Source of the DNA: Minisyncoccia bacterium
Lineage (GTDB): Bacteria; Patescibacteriota; Minisyncoccia; Moranbacterales; GCA-2747515
Direction of reading: 5' to 3'
Assembly: GCA_041738235.1 (NCBI GenBank)
Contig: JBGSQF010000013.1
Span: 257,899-321,898 of the forward strand
Length of the DNA stretch: 64,000 nucleotides
A program made the translations under genes and the position numbers. The number at the start of each line of letters is the position of its first letter. Position 1 is the first letter of the stretch. The notes beneath the pieces are model-generated. The model did no database searches and had not been told where the DNA came from. It saw only the letters and a program-made list of their open reading frames with translations. Below, one piece after another: positions 34,984 to 44,921 of this stretch.

Positions 34984-35952
34984 TTATTTCTTTTTGTGCA
35001 AAATAAACCCTGGGCGTCCAGATGCCTCATAAGGGAGAATTTCGTATTTCTGTGTACTTGCAATTGTTTTTAAAGCTTCAATAAGAGCTAATTTTCTCTG
35101 TTGTGAAACTGGATCATCCTCACTGCCTTTCACCATAGCTGGCCAAATTCGGGCAGATCCACCAGACACTAACAATTTGTCTATATTATCAAAAAGCTTT
35201 GCAATATCTTCAGGCCTTTCTGAATATGCGGGAACATAATATTCCGCCCAAATTTCATCAACCCTATCAATGCCTTGTTCATAAAGCCTATCGACAAGCC
35301 CTTCGTCAGAGGCACTCATCGAAATAACCGGATCAGCTCCTTCTTCAACGTCTTTCACAAAAGGATCGATATTCACAATCATGCGCGGATTAATATTGCA
35401 CTCCTTCATTTCCTCTCCCAGTCTTGATCTCCCCCCTCCCAAAAGGACAACTATTTTATTATCAAGCATCTCCCGAGCAAAATCCCTTGTTGCTGTTGTA
35501 TTGAAGGGGTAAACCAATGTATTCCAATAAGTCTCACGACTAGCGTCGCCTGATCCGCGCTTAAGCTTAAACAATCCCCTTCCTCGCTGAGTTTTATCAA
35601 ATGAATTACTATCGACAGTAGCCCCCTTATCATGAAAACCCGTGATACTGTCAAGATAAGCGATCGCAACGTCGTTCTTTGCATCAAGATCTTTTTGTTC
35701 ACCCTCCTGTGCTTGCGGTCTCTTCGCCTCCTCTAGTGTGTCACTGATCATATCTATAACATTCGAAGAGAGTTGATCCTCATTAGCGCGATATAGATCA
35801 AATGTTACCCCTTTTTCTTCCACTATTTGTGATGCTATCTCACCACCCGACCGCAACAAATATCCAGGTTGGGACTCCATTTTTTCTCTTTTTAATTCTG
35901 GCGTTCTCTTTTTTTCCATCCCGGGATCGGGAGCTTGATTCTCAAAATCCAT
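34984..35952 (-). CDS. Hypothetical protein (322 aa), soluble, with an acidic N-terminal region
   Basis: Clean ORF; weak Rossmann-like KIVVLLGGGRSRLG segment; no confident family assignment. Confidence 0.4.
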   Translation of the reverse strand: MDFENQAPDPGMEKKRTPELKREKMESQPGYLLRSGGEIASQIVEEKGVTFDLYRANEDQLSSNVIDMISDTLEEAKRPQAQEGEQKDLDAKNDVAIAYLDSITGFHDKGATVDSNSFDKTQRGRGLFKLKRGSGDASRETYWNTLVYPFNTTATRDFAREMLDNKIVVLLGGGRSRLGEEMKECNINPRMIVNIDPFVKDVEEGADPVISMSASDEGLVDRLYEQGIDRVDEIWAEYYVPAYSERPEDIAKLFDNIDKLLVSGGSARIWPAMVKGSEDDPVSQQRKLALIEALKTIASTQKYEILPYEASGRPGFILHKKK

Positions 35953-36025
35953 ACTCAGCTACAATTTACACTTAAACTCACTTTACGTGCTTATTCAGGT
36001 TTCCAAGCACCCTAGATCTAGAAAT

Positions 36026-36808
36026 CTATTTCAGAACTTCTTCCCTCGTTGCGTCCCGCCACTGCGAAACCGTCTCGTCTGACTCGATCATACCATCACG
36101 CATGCGAATGATGCGCTTAGCATGCTCCGCAGTATAAGTCTCATGCGTCACCAAAATAATTGTTTTGCCTTCCATATTCAGTTGCTGCAATATTCGCATT
36201 ACCTGAAGTCCTGACTTTGAGTCCAGATTGCCTGTTGGTTCATCAGCGAAAAGAACGTCTGGATCATTCACCAAAGCACGAGCTATGGCCACGCGCTGTT
36301 TTTCCCCCCCTGACAGTTGATTTGACTTATACGACATTCTCTTTTCCATACCAACTGACCGAAGTGCGGCGTGCACTTTACCGTAATTCTCACTACTTCC
36401 CATGCCTCCAACCAGTCCAGAAAATATATTCTTAAACCCCCCCTTTCGAGAGATCGTTTTTTCGTAAAGGTTATACAACAAAGGAAGCTCTACATTTTCA
36501 AAGACCGTCGTACGAGCAAGAAGGTTGAACGATTGAAAAACAAATCCAACACGTTTATTGCGCAGGCGTGCCAAAGTATTTTCATCAAAATCAACCACAT
36601 TTTTTCCATCAAAAAAGTATTCGCCCCCCGTAGGGCGATCAAGAAGTCCCAACATATGCATAAGCGTTGACTTTCCCGATCCGCTCGGACCCATGATCGA
36701 TACGAACTCTCCTTTTTCTACAGAAAAATTCACTTCCCTTACGGCATGCGTAGAGACACCCTCACTTTCATACGTTTTCGAAAGATTTATGCACTGAATA
36801 ATAGGCAT
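36026..36808 (-). CDS. ABC transporter ATP-binding protein (MacB/LolD-type ATPase) with a ~30-aa insertion between Q-loop and signature
   Basis: Walker [12 protein letters not shown]-loop, signature [15 protein letters not shown], Walker [14 protein letters not shown]-loop TIILVTHE. Confidence 0.9.
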   Translation of the reverse strand: MPIIQCINLSKTYESEGVSTHAVREVNFSVEKGEFVSIMGPSGSGKSTLMHMLGLLDRPTGGEYFFDGKNVVDFDENTLARLRNKRVGFVFQSFNLLARTTVFENVELPLLYNLYEKTISRKGGFKNIFSGLVGGMGSSENYGKVHAALRSVGMEKRMSYKSNQLSGGEKQRVAIARALVNDPDVLFADEPTGNLDSKSGLQVMRILQQLNMEGKTIILVTHETYTAEHAKRIIRMRDGMIESDETVSQWRDATREEVLK

Positions 36809-36857
36809 TTCGTTAAATCCATCAGACTGGTAAAATCCACAAGAAAGATCAGACGAG

Positions 36858-37850
36858 CTACGCCGTTTCTCCTACTACCACCCTCTCACCTTCGGTAAGC
36901 CCCTTAAGGATCTCTACGTTTCCTTCATCGTCCTCAAGTCCTGTTTCGATATCTCGACGCGTTTTGTTCGAACCATCGTACACTTCAACATACACTCCCC
37001 TGTCATCTTCCTTTATGGCACGTCTCGAAACCAGTATAGCGTTTTGACTCATCGCCGTCTCCACATCAGCATCAGCGCTCATACCCGTCTTGAGCCGTTC
37101 ATCACTATCTGTCAGAACGAATTTCGTTCGATAATATACAACATCTTGTATCACCGTCGATCGAGGATCAATAAAATCAACCTTTGCGTGAAAAATGTCT
37201 TTTTTGGTAAGTGCATCAAATGTTACCGTAGCATCCTGTCCAACGGATATCTTGGCAATATCAGATTCCGGAACATCAGCCTCAATAGACACTCCCGACC
37301 CTTCGGTAACGATCTGAAAGATAGGAGAGGCTGTTGTGACCACTTCTCCGGCCTCCACGTATTTTCGGGTAACCTCTCCTGAAACAGGAGCACGAAGAAC
37401 CGTTCGCGTGATGTTCCTCTCCAGCGTAGCAAGAGAGGCTCGAGCTGACTCTGAGGCCAACTTTTTCATCTCTCGCTCCTCGGGCTTCAGATCATCCCAA
37501 CGTCTGCGAGCCAACCATTCCGCCTGTACTGCCGTCTTTACAGATAATATGGCTTCTTGCCTTTGAGATTGAAGTACCCCGTCATCCATCTTGGCTAGAA
37601 CATCCCCCTTCTCTACATGCTCTCCCTTGTCCACATACAGTGATCGTACCGTCCCAACCAACTCAAAAGAAACATCAACTGAATTGTCTGGCTCAAGTAC
37701 ACCGCTTACATTCACAAGTTGCTGAATATCTCCGCGACGGACCGATTCCGTTTCATAGGTGACTTTGTTTTTACGCCCAAATTGCCACCAAACACCCCCA
37801 GCGATAACGATCACAATGATCCAAAACCATTTATTCTTAAATATTTTCAT
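36858..37850 (-). CDS. Efflux transporter periplasmic adaptor (membrane-fusion protein, HlyD/MacA family)
   Basis: N-terminal TM WFWIIVIVIAGGVWW; coiled-coil segment; beta-barrel/lipoyl-like blocks typical of MFPs (GDVLAKMDD...VTGKVV..). Confidence 0.8.
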   Translation of the reverse strand: MKIFKNKWFWIIVIVIAGGVWWQFGRKNKVTYETESVRRGDIQQLVNVSGVLEPDNSVDVSFELVGTVRSLYVDKGEHVEKGDVLAKMDDGVLQSQRQEAILSVKTAVQAEWLARRRWDDLKPEEREMKKLASESARASLATLERNITRTVLRAPVSGEVTRKYVEAGEVVTTASPIFQIVTEGSGVSIEADVPESDIAKISVGQDATVTFDALTKKDIFHAKVDFIDPRSTVIQDVVYYRTKFVLTDSDERLKTGMSADADVETAMSQNAILVSRRAIKEDDRGVYVEVYDGSNKTRRDIETGLEDDEGNVEILKGLTEGERVVVGETA

Positions 37851-37914
37851 ATCAACACATTAACAATATATCTTCTTGCTTTTTAGTATACTACAAAAAG
37901 ATCTTTCACCCAAC

Positions 37915-38682
37915 TTATGCCTTTGTGAGCTGCTCCACGCCCTTTGCTAAAACAGCGTACGTATTTTCAAAATGAGCACTAAGAGAATGATCGGATGTTT
38001 CAAATGTCCATCCATCACGTGCAAGGTCCACTCGCCACGTGCCAATATTTACCATCGGCTCAAGGGCAATGACCATATCTTTTTGAAAAGTAAAATCAGG
38101 AGTTCGTGCATCTATGGTATTAGGGATCTGTGGCGCCTCATGCACTTCGTGCCCTACCCCATGCCCAACCAGATCACGCACCACCCCGTATCCGAACGAC
38201 TCAACATACTGCTGCACTGCTCGAGCATATTGACGTACCGTCGAACCATGTCGAATTGTTTGCACTCCAACCTCAAGTGATTCCCGAGTAACATCAAGAA
38301 GTTTTTGTGCCTCTCGAGAAACCTTCCCCACAGAAAACGTTCTCGCCATATCAGTATATCGCTCTTTGTACCGCATCCCAATATCAAGCTTAAAAAGATC
38401 CCCTTCTTTCAAAATGCGATCTTTTCTCGGTATTCCATGAACTACTTCATTGTCAATTGATGCGCAGATCGTTCCTGGAAAGGGAGTGTCTTTCGGACTC
38501 CCTCGGTAACCCTTAAATGCGGGAACGCCCCCTACAGCACGAATTTTTGTTTCCGCCAAATCATCTATCTCCCAGGTGGAGATGCCCGGTCGGACTTCTT
38601 GCGAAAGCTCTTCTACGATGTTTGCTAACAAATGACCCCCTTCTCGTATTGCAGCAATATCTTCTTTCGTTTTTATCAACAT
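37915..38682 (-). CDS. map: Type I methionine aminopeptidase
   Basis: TICASIDNEVVHGIP, FKLDIG, DLVGHGVGHEVHEAPQIPN, metal-ligand pattern D/D/H/E/E. Confidence 0.9.
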   Translation of the reverse strand: MLIKTKEDIAAIREGGHLLANIVEELSQEVRPGISTWEIDDLAETKIRAVGGVPAFKGYRGSPKDTPFPGTICASIDNEVVHGIPRKDRILKEGDLFKLDIGMRYKERYTDMARTFSVGKVSREAQKLLDVTRESLEVGVQTIRHGSTVRQYARAVQQYVESFGYGVVRDLVGHGVGHEVHEAPQIPNTIDARTPDFTFQKDMVIALEPMVNIGTWRVDLARDGWTFETSDHSLSAHFENTYAVLAKGVEQLTKA

Positions 38683-38704
38683 ATTATTTTCGGAAGAATA
38701 AGTT

Positions 38705-39370
38705 TTAAAAAAATGGTTTTAATGCGTTGTCCACCAACAGCTGCGTTTCTTGAAGAGAACCGTTTGCCGATATCTCTATCAATTTCTTTTCCCTTCGATA
38801 GGCTTCGATCACAGGCATTGTCTCACGTTCAAACACAGCAACACGTCGCTTTATCCCCCTAGGTGTATCGTCCTCACGATGCTTGAGTATCCCATTGCAC
38901 TTCGGACAGATCAGTTTTTTTTCAGAAACATCTTTGCCCACAATATACCAAATATTACAAATCGGACAGCTTACTCTGTTCCGTATTCTCTCGGTGATCT
39001 TTTCCAAATCAGCCGAAAGAAATAATACCCCAACGATCTCAGCTCCTCTTTCGCGAGCTACCTCTTCTACGATGGCTTTTTGTCCCAATCTCCTTGGAGC
39101 TCCATCAATAATAACCCCCGATCGAACGTCATGGTTCCACACCTGACGCAATACATAACGGATCACTTCATCAGGAACAAGCGTGTTCTCTCGATGCACA
39201 GAAAAGTTAATATCCTTAGCAAAGGAAGAATCTTCCCGTGTAATTCGTCGTAGTCGCTCGCCAATGTCAATGTGAAAAAGACCAAAAGAACGCGCTATGT
39301 ACTCCGATTGCGCACCCTTTCCTGATCCAGGATATCCCAAGATGCAAAAAGATTTTTTAAGATTACCCAT
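38705..39370 (-). CDS. adk: Adenylate kinase with a Zn-binding LID (Cys4)
   Basis: ILGYPGSGKGAQSEYIA (P-loop), VIIDGAPRRL, CPICNIWY...CPKCNG. Confidence 0.9.
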   Translation of the reverse strand: MGNLKKSFCILGYPGSGKGAQSEYIARSFGLFHIDIGERLRRITREDSSFAKDINFSVHRENTLVPDEVIRYVLRQVWNHDVRSGVIIDGAPRRLGQKAIVEEVARERGAEIVGVLFLSADLEKITERIRNRVSCPICNIWYIVGKDVSEKKLICPKCNGILKHREDDTPRGIKRRVAVFERETMPVIEAYRREKKLIEISANGSLQETQLLVDNALKPFF

Positions 39371-39532
39371 TGTGCTAGGTGCAAGAATTTATTTGCATGA
39401 TATACACGTCAATATCGTCCAGCGATCCAAAAGATAACGACGCACGTCACACTCAATTCAAACGAGAGACTATTTGCATAGTACTGCCTCACTGACCGCT
39501 CTAAAAGGTCTCAGCCTTTTATATCCACCACC

Positions 39533-40819
39533 CTAGTACGAATCGTAACTCCGCATTACCAATTGACCCTCAATTTGTTTTACCATTTCGATCACTACTG
39601 AAACAGCGATCAAGACGCTTGTTCCTCCAATAGCAAGAGAACTTGCGCCAGATACTCCCTGCGCCGTTAGAAACCCCTGCATTATCAATGGCAAAACGGC
39701 AATTGCCCCCAAAAAGAGCGATCCTGCTAAAGTGATACGACTTGTGATCTTTCCAAGATGCTCCATCGTGTGCTTTCCCGGACGAATCCCGGGGATGTAT
39801 CCTCCCTGTTTTTGCAAATTTTCAGATATCTTTTTTGGATCAAATACCACTGCAGTGTAAAAATAGGTAAATATCACCACAAGAAAAAAATAGAGAAATC
39901 CATACACCCAGTGATTCTGAAAAAAGTTAGCGACCGCCGTTGCTACATTTGCCACGGTAGTATTACTAGAATGTGCAAAGAAACTTGCAATGGTTGGCGG
40001 AAAAAGAATGATCGATACCGCAAAAATGATTGGGATCACTCCAGCCTGATTTACACGTAACGGAAGATGTGTAGTGGTGCCACCAAAAACTCGAGTACCC
40101 CGAACACGCTTAGCATATGCCACAGGTATGTTTCTCTGTCCCTCATTCACAAAGACCACCCCGGCAACCGTGACCAATGCAATGACCAGAAAGATAACAT
40201 AAGAATACAGTTTTGCTACATCAAATGTTGCAAAAAACTGCCCGACCATACTCGGAAGAGAAGCCACGATACCAGCAAAGATTATCAATGAAACACCGTT
40301 TCCAATGCCCTTCTCGGTCATCAGCTCCCCAAGCCACATAAGAAATATAGTGCCAGCTGTAGCAACCACTACCATTACCGCCATATCAAAACCCCCGGTT
40401 TGCCCAATAACACCTTGATTTCGAAGAAGTGATATCATGGCAAACGTCTGTACGGCTGCAAGTGGAACAGCTAATACTCGGGTGATCATGGTAAACTTTT
40501 GTCTCCCGGCTTCACCCTCTTCTTTGTACAACTGCTCTAGCTGAGGCACGATCATAGTAAGAAGTTGCATAATAATCGATGCGGTAATATAGGGCCCCAC
40601 ACCCAAAAGCATAATAGAGATCTTACTCAGTCCTCCCCCAGAAAATATGTTTAAAAGACCAAAAAGCTGGTTTCCAGAAAGAAATTCTGCCACTCGAGCA
40701 ATATCTACCCCAGGAAGTGGAATGTTAGCCGCAAAACGATACACCACCAATACCCCTAAAATAAATAAGATCTTCTTACGCAGTTCTGGAACACGAAATA
40801 TTTGCATCAGTTTTTCCAT
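39533..40819 (-). CDS. secY: Preprotein translocase subunit SecY
   Basis: 10 TM; ELRKKILFILGVLVVYRFAANIPLPGVD...GGLSKISIMLLGVGPYITASIIMQLL...QGGYIPGIRPGKHT. Confidence 0.95.
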   Translation of the reverse strand: MEKLMQIFRVPELRKKILFILGVLVVYRFAANIPLPGVDIARVAEFLSGNQLFGLLNIFSGGGLSKISIMLLGVGPYITASIIMQLLTMIVPQLEQLYKEEGEAGRQKFTMITRVLAVPLAAVQTFAMISLLRNQGVIGQTGGFDMAVMVVVATAGTIFLMWLGELMTEKGIGNGVSLIIFAGIVASLPSMVGQFFATFDVAKLYSYVIFLVIALVTVAGVVFVNEGQRNIPVAYAKRVRGTRVFGGTTTHLPLRVNQAGVIPIIFAVSIILFPPTIASFFAHSSNTTVANVATAVANFFQNHWVYGFLYFFLVVIFTYFYTAVVFDPKKISENLQKQGGYIPGIRPGKHTMEHLGKITSRITLAGSLFLGAIAVLPLIMQGFLTAQGVSGASSLAIGGTSVLIAVSVVIEMVKQIEGQLVMRSYDSY

Positions 40820-40957
40820 ACGGACTTTTTAAGCATTAAAACAACTCAACATGAAGGCATTTAAGCACAAAACAAAAGAAAATGCAAAATAAAATGTGAT
40901 AGGCTATAAGTAATTAGCTCACCCCTGAATACGCGATCATCTTAAACTCCCTTCACC

Positions 40958-41554
40958 TTATTGCTTCGGGTTCTCTTTTCCTAAAGATTTTTGGGCATAT
41001 TTAGCAAGCATGTCAACTTCGATATTTACCTTATCTCCTTTTCGTAGTTCTCCCAGATGTGTCTCCTGAAGCGTATAGGGTATGAGTGAAACGGAAAAAG
41101 ATCGAGCGCCTACATTTACCACAGTCAAACCCACGCCATCAATAGTAACGGACCCCTTTGGAACGATAAACAGCATCCATCGTGCGTCCACAGTAAAAGA
41201 GATGCTATAACCATCCTTCACACTTTGTACTTTCGACACTGAAGCAACCGTGTCAATATGTCCAAAAACGAAATGACCATCAATGGGATCCCCTACCCGA
41301 AGACTTAATTCGCAATGCACGAGATCCCCAACTCGCCATAGGTCCACAGTGGTTCTTTTTCTTGTTTCTGGCATATACACCACAGTAAACCGAGAATTCG
41401 AAAGCGTGGTGATGGTCGAACAGATCCCATTCAAAAGCACACTGGCTCCCACCTTCAACTCTACGCCCACAGGCAAAGCAAAAATAAGGGTGAGATCTTT
41501 GCTGTCTTGCCTTTCTATGATTTTCGCCTGCTTCTCTACGATACCTGTGAACAT
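40958..41554 (-). CDS. ribE: Riboflavin synthase alpha subunit
   Basis: MFTGIVEKQAKII...GASVLLNGICSTIT... second repeat SVTIDGVGLTVVNV; two lumazine-binding repeats. Confidence 0.85.
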   Translation of the reverse strand: MFTGIVEKQAKIIERQDSKDLTLIFALPVGVELKVGASVLLNGICSTITTLSNSRFTVVYMPETRKRTTVDLWRVGDLVHCELSLRVGDPIDGHFVFGHIDTVASVSKVQSVKDGYSISFTVDARWMLFIVPKGSVTIDGVGLTVVNVGARSFSVSLIPYTLQETHLGELRKGDKVNIEVDMLAKYAQKSLGKENPKQ

Positions 41555-41565
41555 AACAACGAATC

Positions 41566-42696
41566 TTAAAATTGAGTAAGTTCCTTATGATCCAAAATCT
41601 CATCTTCACCCTTGTTAACGACATCCTGTATATACTTTTCCATTTTCTCTTGAAAAACCAATTTGTCGAATAGTAAAGAAGATTCACGAATCTTTTGTGG
41701 GTCAAACTTTTTTTTCTGAAATTCCCGAACTATCTGTATGATCGAATCTTTATTCTGTTCGTCAAAGAATAAACCGGTCTGCCCTTCCACAACATGTCGA
41801 GGAATATCTCCTCCACGGTAAGCCAAGACCGGACGACCCGATGCCAATGCCTCGATAGCAACAATTCCAAAATCTTCCTCTTGGGGAAACAGAAAGGCTT
41901 GACATCGACTGTAGTATTCTGCCAACTCTTTGTCTTCAACACGGTCCAGAAACTCCACAGTGGGCCCTGCAATCCTTTTGAGTCGCTTCGATTCCGGACC
42001 ACGACCAATGATCTTGAGCGCAAGACCCATCTCATTGAATGCCCGAATAACAATATCATGTTTTTTATAGGCAATAAGCCGCCCCACCATGAGAAAATAA
42101 GCATCATGGTCCCTCTCTATACGAAAGTCCCTAACTGATACCGGTGGATGAATGACCGTTGATCCTCTGCGGTAATATTTACGGATACGATCAGCTACAA
42201 AGGTTGAGTTGGCCACGATATGGTCTGGACGATCCGCACTTGCTTTATCCCAAACGCGAATGGGATTCATAATAAAAGGCACCCACTTTTTTATAAGTGA
42301 TGGGAAATGAAACTCCTGCGTATACCGCTGACAATCATCCCACGCATATCGCATCGGGGTGTGCATATAGCAAATGTGTAGCGTATTCGGACCAGTGATC
42401 ACTCCCTTGGCATAGCTCGAAGAGTCAGAGAGTACCACCTCATATTTGGACAGATCGAACTGCTCGATCGCCATTGGCATAAGCGGTGGAAATAATCGAT
42501 GTTGAGAACGGGCAAATGGCAGATTTTGAAGAAATGATGTATGGATGGTGCGGTCCGAAAATCGACCCCGCATAGCTTGTTTGTCGTATAACAGTGTATA
42601 GATCGGCGCATCGGGAAACATCTCACAAAAACTTTCAAGCACCCGCTCGGCTCCACCATACTGCACAAGATAATCATGAACAAGCGCTATTTTCAT
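41566..42696 (-). CDS. Glycosyltransferase family 4 (GT-B, RfaG-like)
   Basis: MKIALVHDYLVQYGGAERV... C-terminal FLFPQEEDFGIVAIEALASGRPVLAYRGGDIP, EX7E-like motif. Confidence 0.85.
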   Translation of the reverse strand: MKIALVHDYLVQYGGAERVLESFCEMFPDAPIYTLLYDKQAMRGRFSDRTIHTSFLQNLPFARSQHRLFPPLMPMAIEQFDLSKYEVVLSDSSSYAKGVITGPNTLHICYMHTPMRYAWDDCQRYTQEFHFPSLIKKWVPFIMNPIRVWDKASADRPDHIVANSTFVADRIRKYYRRGSTVIHPPVSVRDFRIERDHDAYFLMVGRLIAYKKHDIVIRAFNEMGLALKIIGRGPESKRLKRIAGPTVEFLDRVEDKELAEYYSRCQAFLFPQEEDFGIVAIEALASGRPVLAYRGGDIPRHVVEGQTGLFFDEQNKDSIIQIVREFQKKKFDPQKIRESSLLFDKLVFQEKMEKYIQDVVNKGEDEILDHKELTQF

Positions 42697-42736
42697 ACGA
42701 GATCAAACAAACAAACTCTACGACAGTAATCCAACA

Positions 42737-43978
42737 TCATTTCTTGAGAATTTCCAAAGCCTTGTCCAGTTGTGGATCACGCCCAGCATCAAAATCTTCA
42801 TTGGTCAGCTCCACCTCAAGATCAGGACTGATCCCCTCCCCGTCGATGCCTTTTCCAGATGGAGTAAACCATTTGGCAATAGTGATCTTCACAGCAGCTC
42901 CTTTTGGAAGTGGGACGAGCTCTTGCACCGATCCCTTCCCAAAACTCTTCTTCCCTACGGTCGTGATATCACCTCGATCGTCTTTCAAGGCCCCCGCAAG
43001 GATCTCCGAGGCGCTGGCACTCCCCTCATTGATAAGCACTACGACAGGGATGTCTCTTAATTCTCCTCTTCCAATCGTCTTCTCAATATCTTTTTTCCCA
43101 TCACCGTATTCCTCTTGCACCACGACACTTCCTGTTGCCAAAAATTTCCCAGAAAGATCAACGGCTGTCTGTAAAAGCCCCCCCGGATTATTGCGCATAT
43201 CAAGAATTATACCCTTGGACTTATGGCTCCGAATATCCTGAGAGATAATTTCAAAGTCTCGCATGGTATCTTCACCAAAACGTGTCAATTTTATGTAAGC
43301 AATGTTTCCATCACGATACTCTACCGTCACACTTTTCACTTCAATACGATCGCGTGTTACAGTAATTTGACGTGTATCATTCTCTCCCTCGCGAAGAATA
43401 GTGAACATCACATCAGTGCCCTTTTTTCCACGCATCTTCTTTACCGCTTCATCCAAGCTCATTTGAAGCGTTTCCTCATCATTTATCTTGATGATCTTAT
43501 CCCCTGCACGAAGTCCCGCCTTTTCAGCAGGAGATCCGGAAAGCGGAGATACCACCGTAAGAAGTTTATCTCGAATGCCTATCTCTGCACCTATGCCTTC
43601 AAAACTTCCAGAAATGTCCGATTCCAGTTCTGCATTTTCTTCCGTATTAAGAAATGTTGTATAGGGATCCCCAGTAGATGCCAACATACCTCGTATAGCT
43701 CCTTCTACCAAGGTATTATCCTTGAGATCCTTAGCATCTACGTATCGACTCTTCAGCAAGTCCCAGGACCTCCAAAATAGGGACAGATCGATATGTTCCT
43801 CTGATGCAGATCTCTGACCAAAGAATGGGTTCATCGAAACCCCCAAAGAACCACCAGATCGTCCCTGATCTACTCCAAAACGATACGCAAAGACAACCAA
43901 AAGAATGATCACTAACCCGTAAAAAATACGACGCCCCGCTACTTTATTTTGCACCACAACATTCTCTGCTTCTGTCAT
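42737..43978 (-). CDS. ctpA: Carboxy-terminal processing protease (S41 family) with PDZ domain; N-terminal TM anchor
   Basis: PDZ GSPAEKAGLRAGDKIIKINDE; GIILDMRNNPGGLL; VVLINEGSASASEILAGALKD (catalytic Ser/Lys region). Confidence 0.9.
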   Translation of the reverse strand: MTEAENVVVQNKVAGRRIFYGLVIILLVVFAYRFGVDQGRSGGSLGVSMNPFFGQRSASEEHIDLSLFWRSWDLLKSRYVDAKDLKDNTLVEGAIRGMLASTGDPYTTFLNTEENAELESDISGSFEGIGAEIGIRDKLLTVVSPLSGSPAEKAGLRAGDKIIKINDEETLQMSLDEAVKKMRGKKGTDVMFTILREGENDTRQITVTRDRIEVKSVTVEYRDGNIAYIKLTRFGEDTMRDFEIISQDIRSHKSKGIILDMRNNPGGLLQTAVDLSGKFLATGSVVVQEEYGDGKKDIEKTIGRGELRDIPVVVLINEGSASASEILAGALKDDRGDITTVGKKSFGKGSVQELVPLPKGAAVKITIAKWFTPSGKGIDGEGISPDLEVELTNEDFDAGRDPQLDKALEILKK

Positions 43979-44011
43979 ATGTTCTTGTATTTATCTGCCA
44001 AAATTCGACAA

Positions 44012-44839
44012 CTATGTATTTGCACGCCCAGAAAAGATATTTGATTTCCCACGATACTTCCAAAAATATTTTACAGCGCTTGAAATATGAATCCAGGTAA
44101 ACTTATTAAACAACAACGATGTGAGGAATCCTCCACGCGCACTTACTTTCCCATGGTAGTGATATGCATACGTCTTTGGATAATATACTACCTTATATCC
44201 CTTTTCCCAAAACCTCCGACACCAATCCACATCCTCCATATACATAAAAAATCGCCTGTCCATTCCCCCCACTTCCTTATATGCCTCTCGTGAAACCATC
44301 AGGGCCGATCCCATTATCCAATCAACTTCCTGCATAGCATTCAGATCCCTATCACGATAGACAAACCAATCAAGATGCCTTTTGCCCCATGAAGTTTTCC
44401 CCAAAAAAGTTCTGCGGTATGCAATAGTCATTGGCCGATAAAACCGAAAAGCTGAGACCTGTGACGACCCATCGAAGTTTCGCAACTCCGGTCCAACAAT
44501 ACCCACATCAGAATGACCTTGCAAAAAATTCAGAAGATCGCTTATCGTTTTCTCCTCAAGGGAAATATCGTAATTCAAAAGAAAAATATACTCCCCTCGA
44601 GCCTCCTCTAGACATCGATTCACCAACCCACCAAACCCGATATTTCTTTTTTCCGCAAAGAACCTAACGTCAGGAAATTCTTCACGCATCATCATCTGGG
44701 TGTCTTCCTGTGTCCCCCCATCAGCCACAAGGATCTCCACATCCCCTTTCACATAACTTATCGCCTTACGAACCGACCGAAGACACAGCTTAAGCATCTC
44801 TGGGTTTTTGTAACTATTAATAGCAACGGAAAGAAGCAT
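44012..44839 (-). CDS. Glycosyltransferase family 2
   Basis: MLLSVAINSYKNPEMLKLCLRSV...EILVADGGTQEDT (DxD region)...EDVDWCRRFWEKGYKV. Confidence 0.85.
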   Translation of the reverse strand: MLLSVAINSYKNPEMLKLCLRSVRKAISYVKGDVEILVADGGTQEDTQMMMREEFPDVRFFAEKRNIGFGGLVNRCLEEARGEYIFLLNYDISLEEKTISDLLNFLQGHSDVGIVGPELRNFDGSSQVSAFRFYRPMTIAYRRTFLGKTSWGKRHLDWFVYRDRDLNAMQEVDWIMGSALMVSREAYKEVGGMDRRFFMYMEDVDWCRRFWEKGYKVVYYPKTYAYHYHGKVSARGGFLTSLLFNKFTWIHISSAVKYFWKYRGKSNIFSGRANT

Positions 44840-44921
44840 AATATATGCAACGATTTTATGAGGTCCTTATTCTACGTTTTTTCCCGAGAGAACTTCCACA
44901 GTATACATTTAACGAACTCTC

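Noticed and set aside
40820-40957. Possible promoter (TTGCAT-17-TTAAAT, minus strand) upstream of secY
   Set aside because: Both hexamers are weak matches. Not reported as a feature.
42594-43780. Plus-strand ORFs (215 and 185 aa) opposite ctpA
   Set aside because: Antisense to a gene with clear PDZ and S41 motifs. Ser/Pro-rich translation typical of antisense frames.
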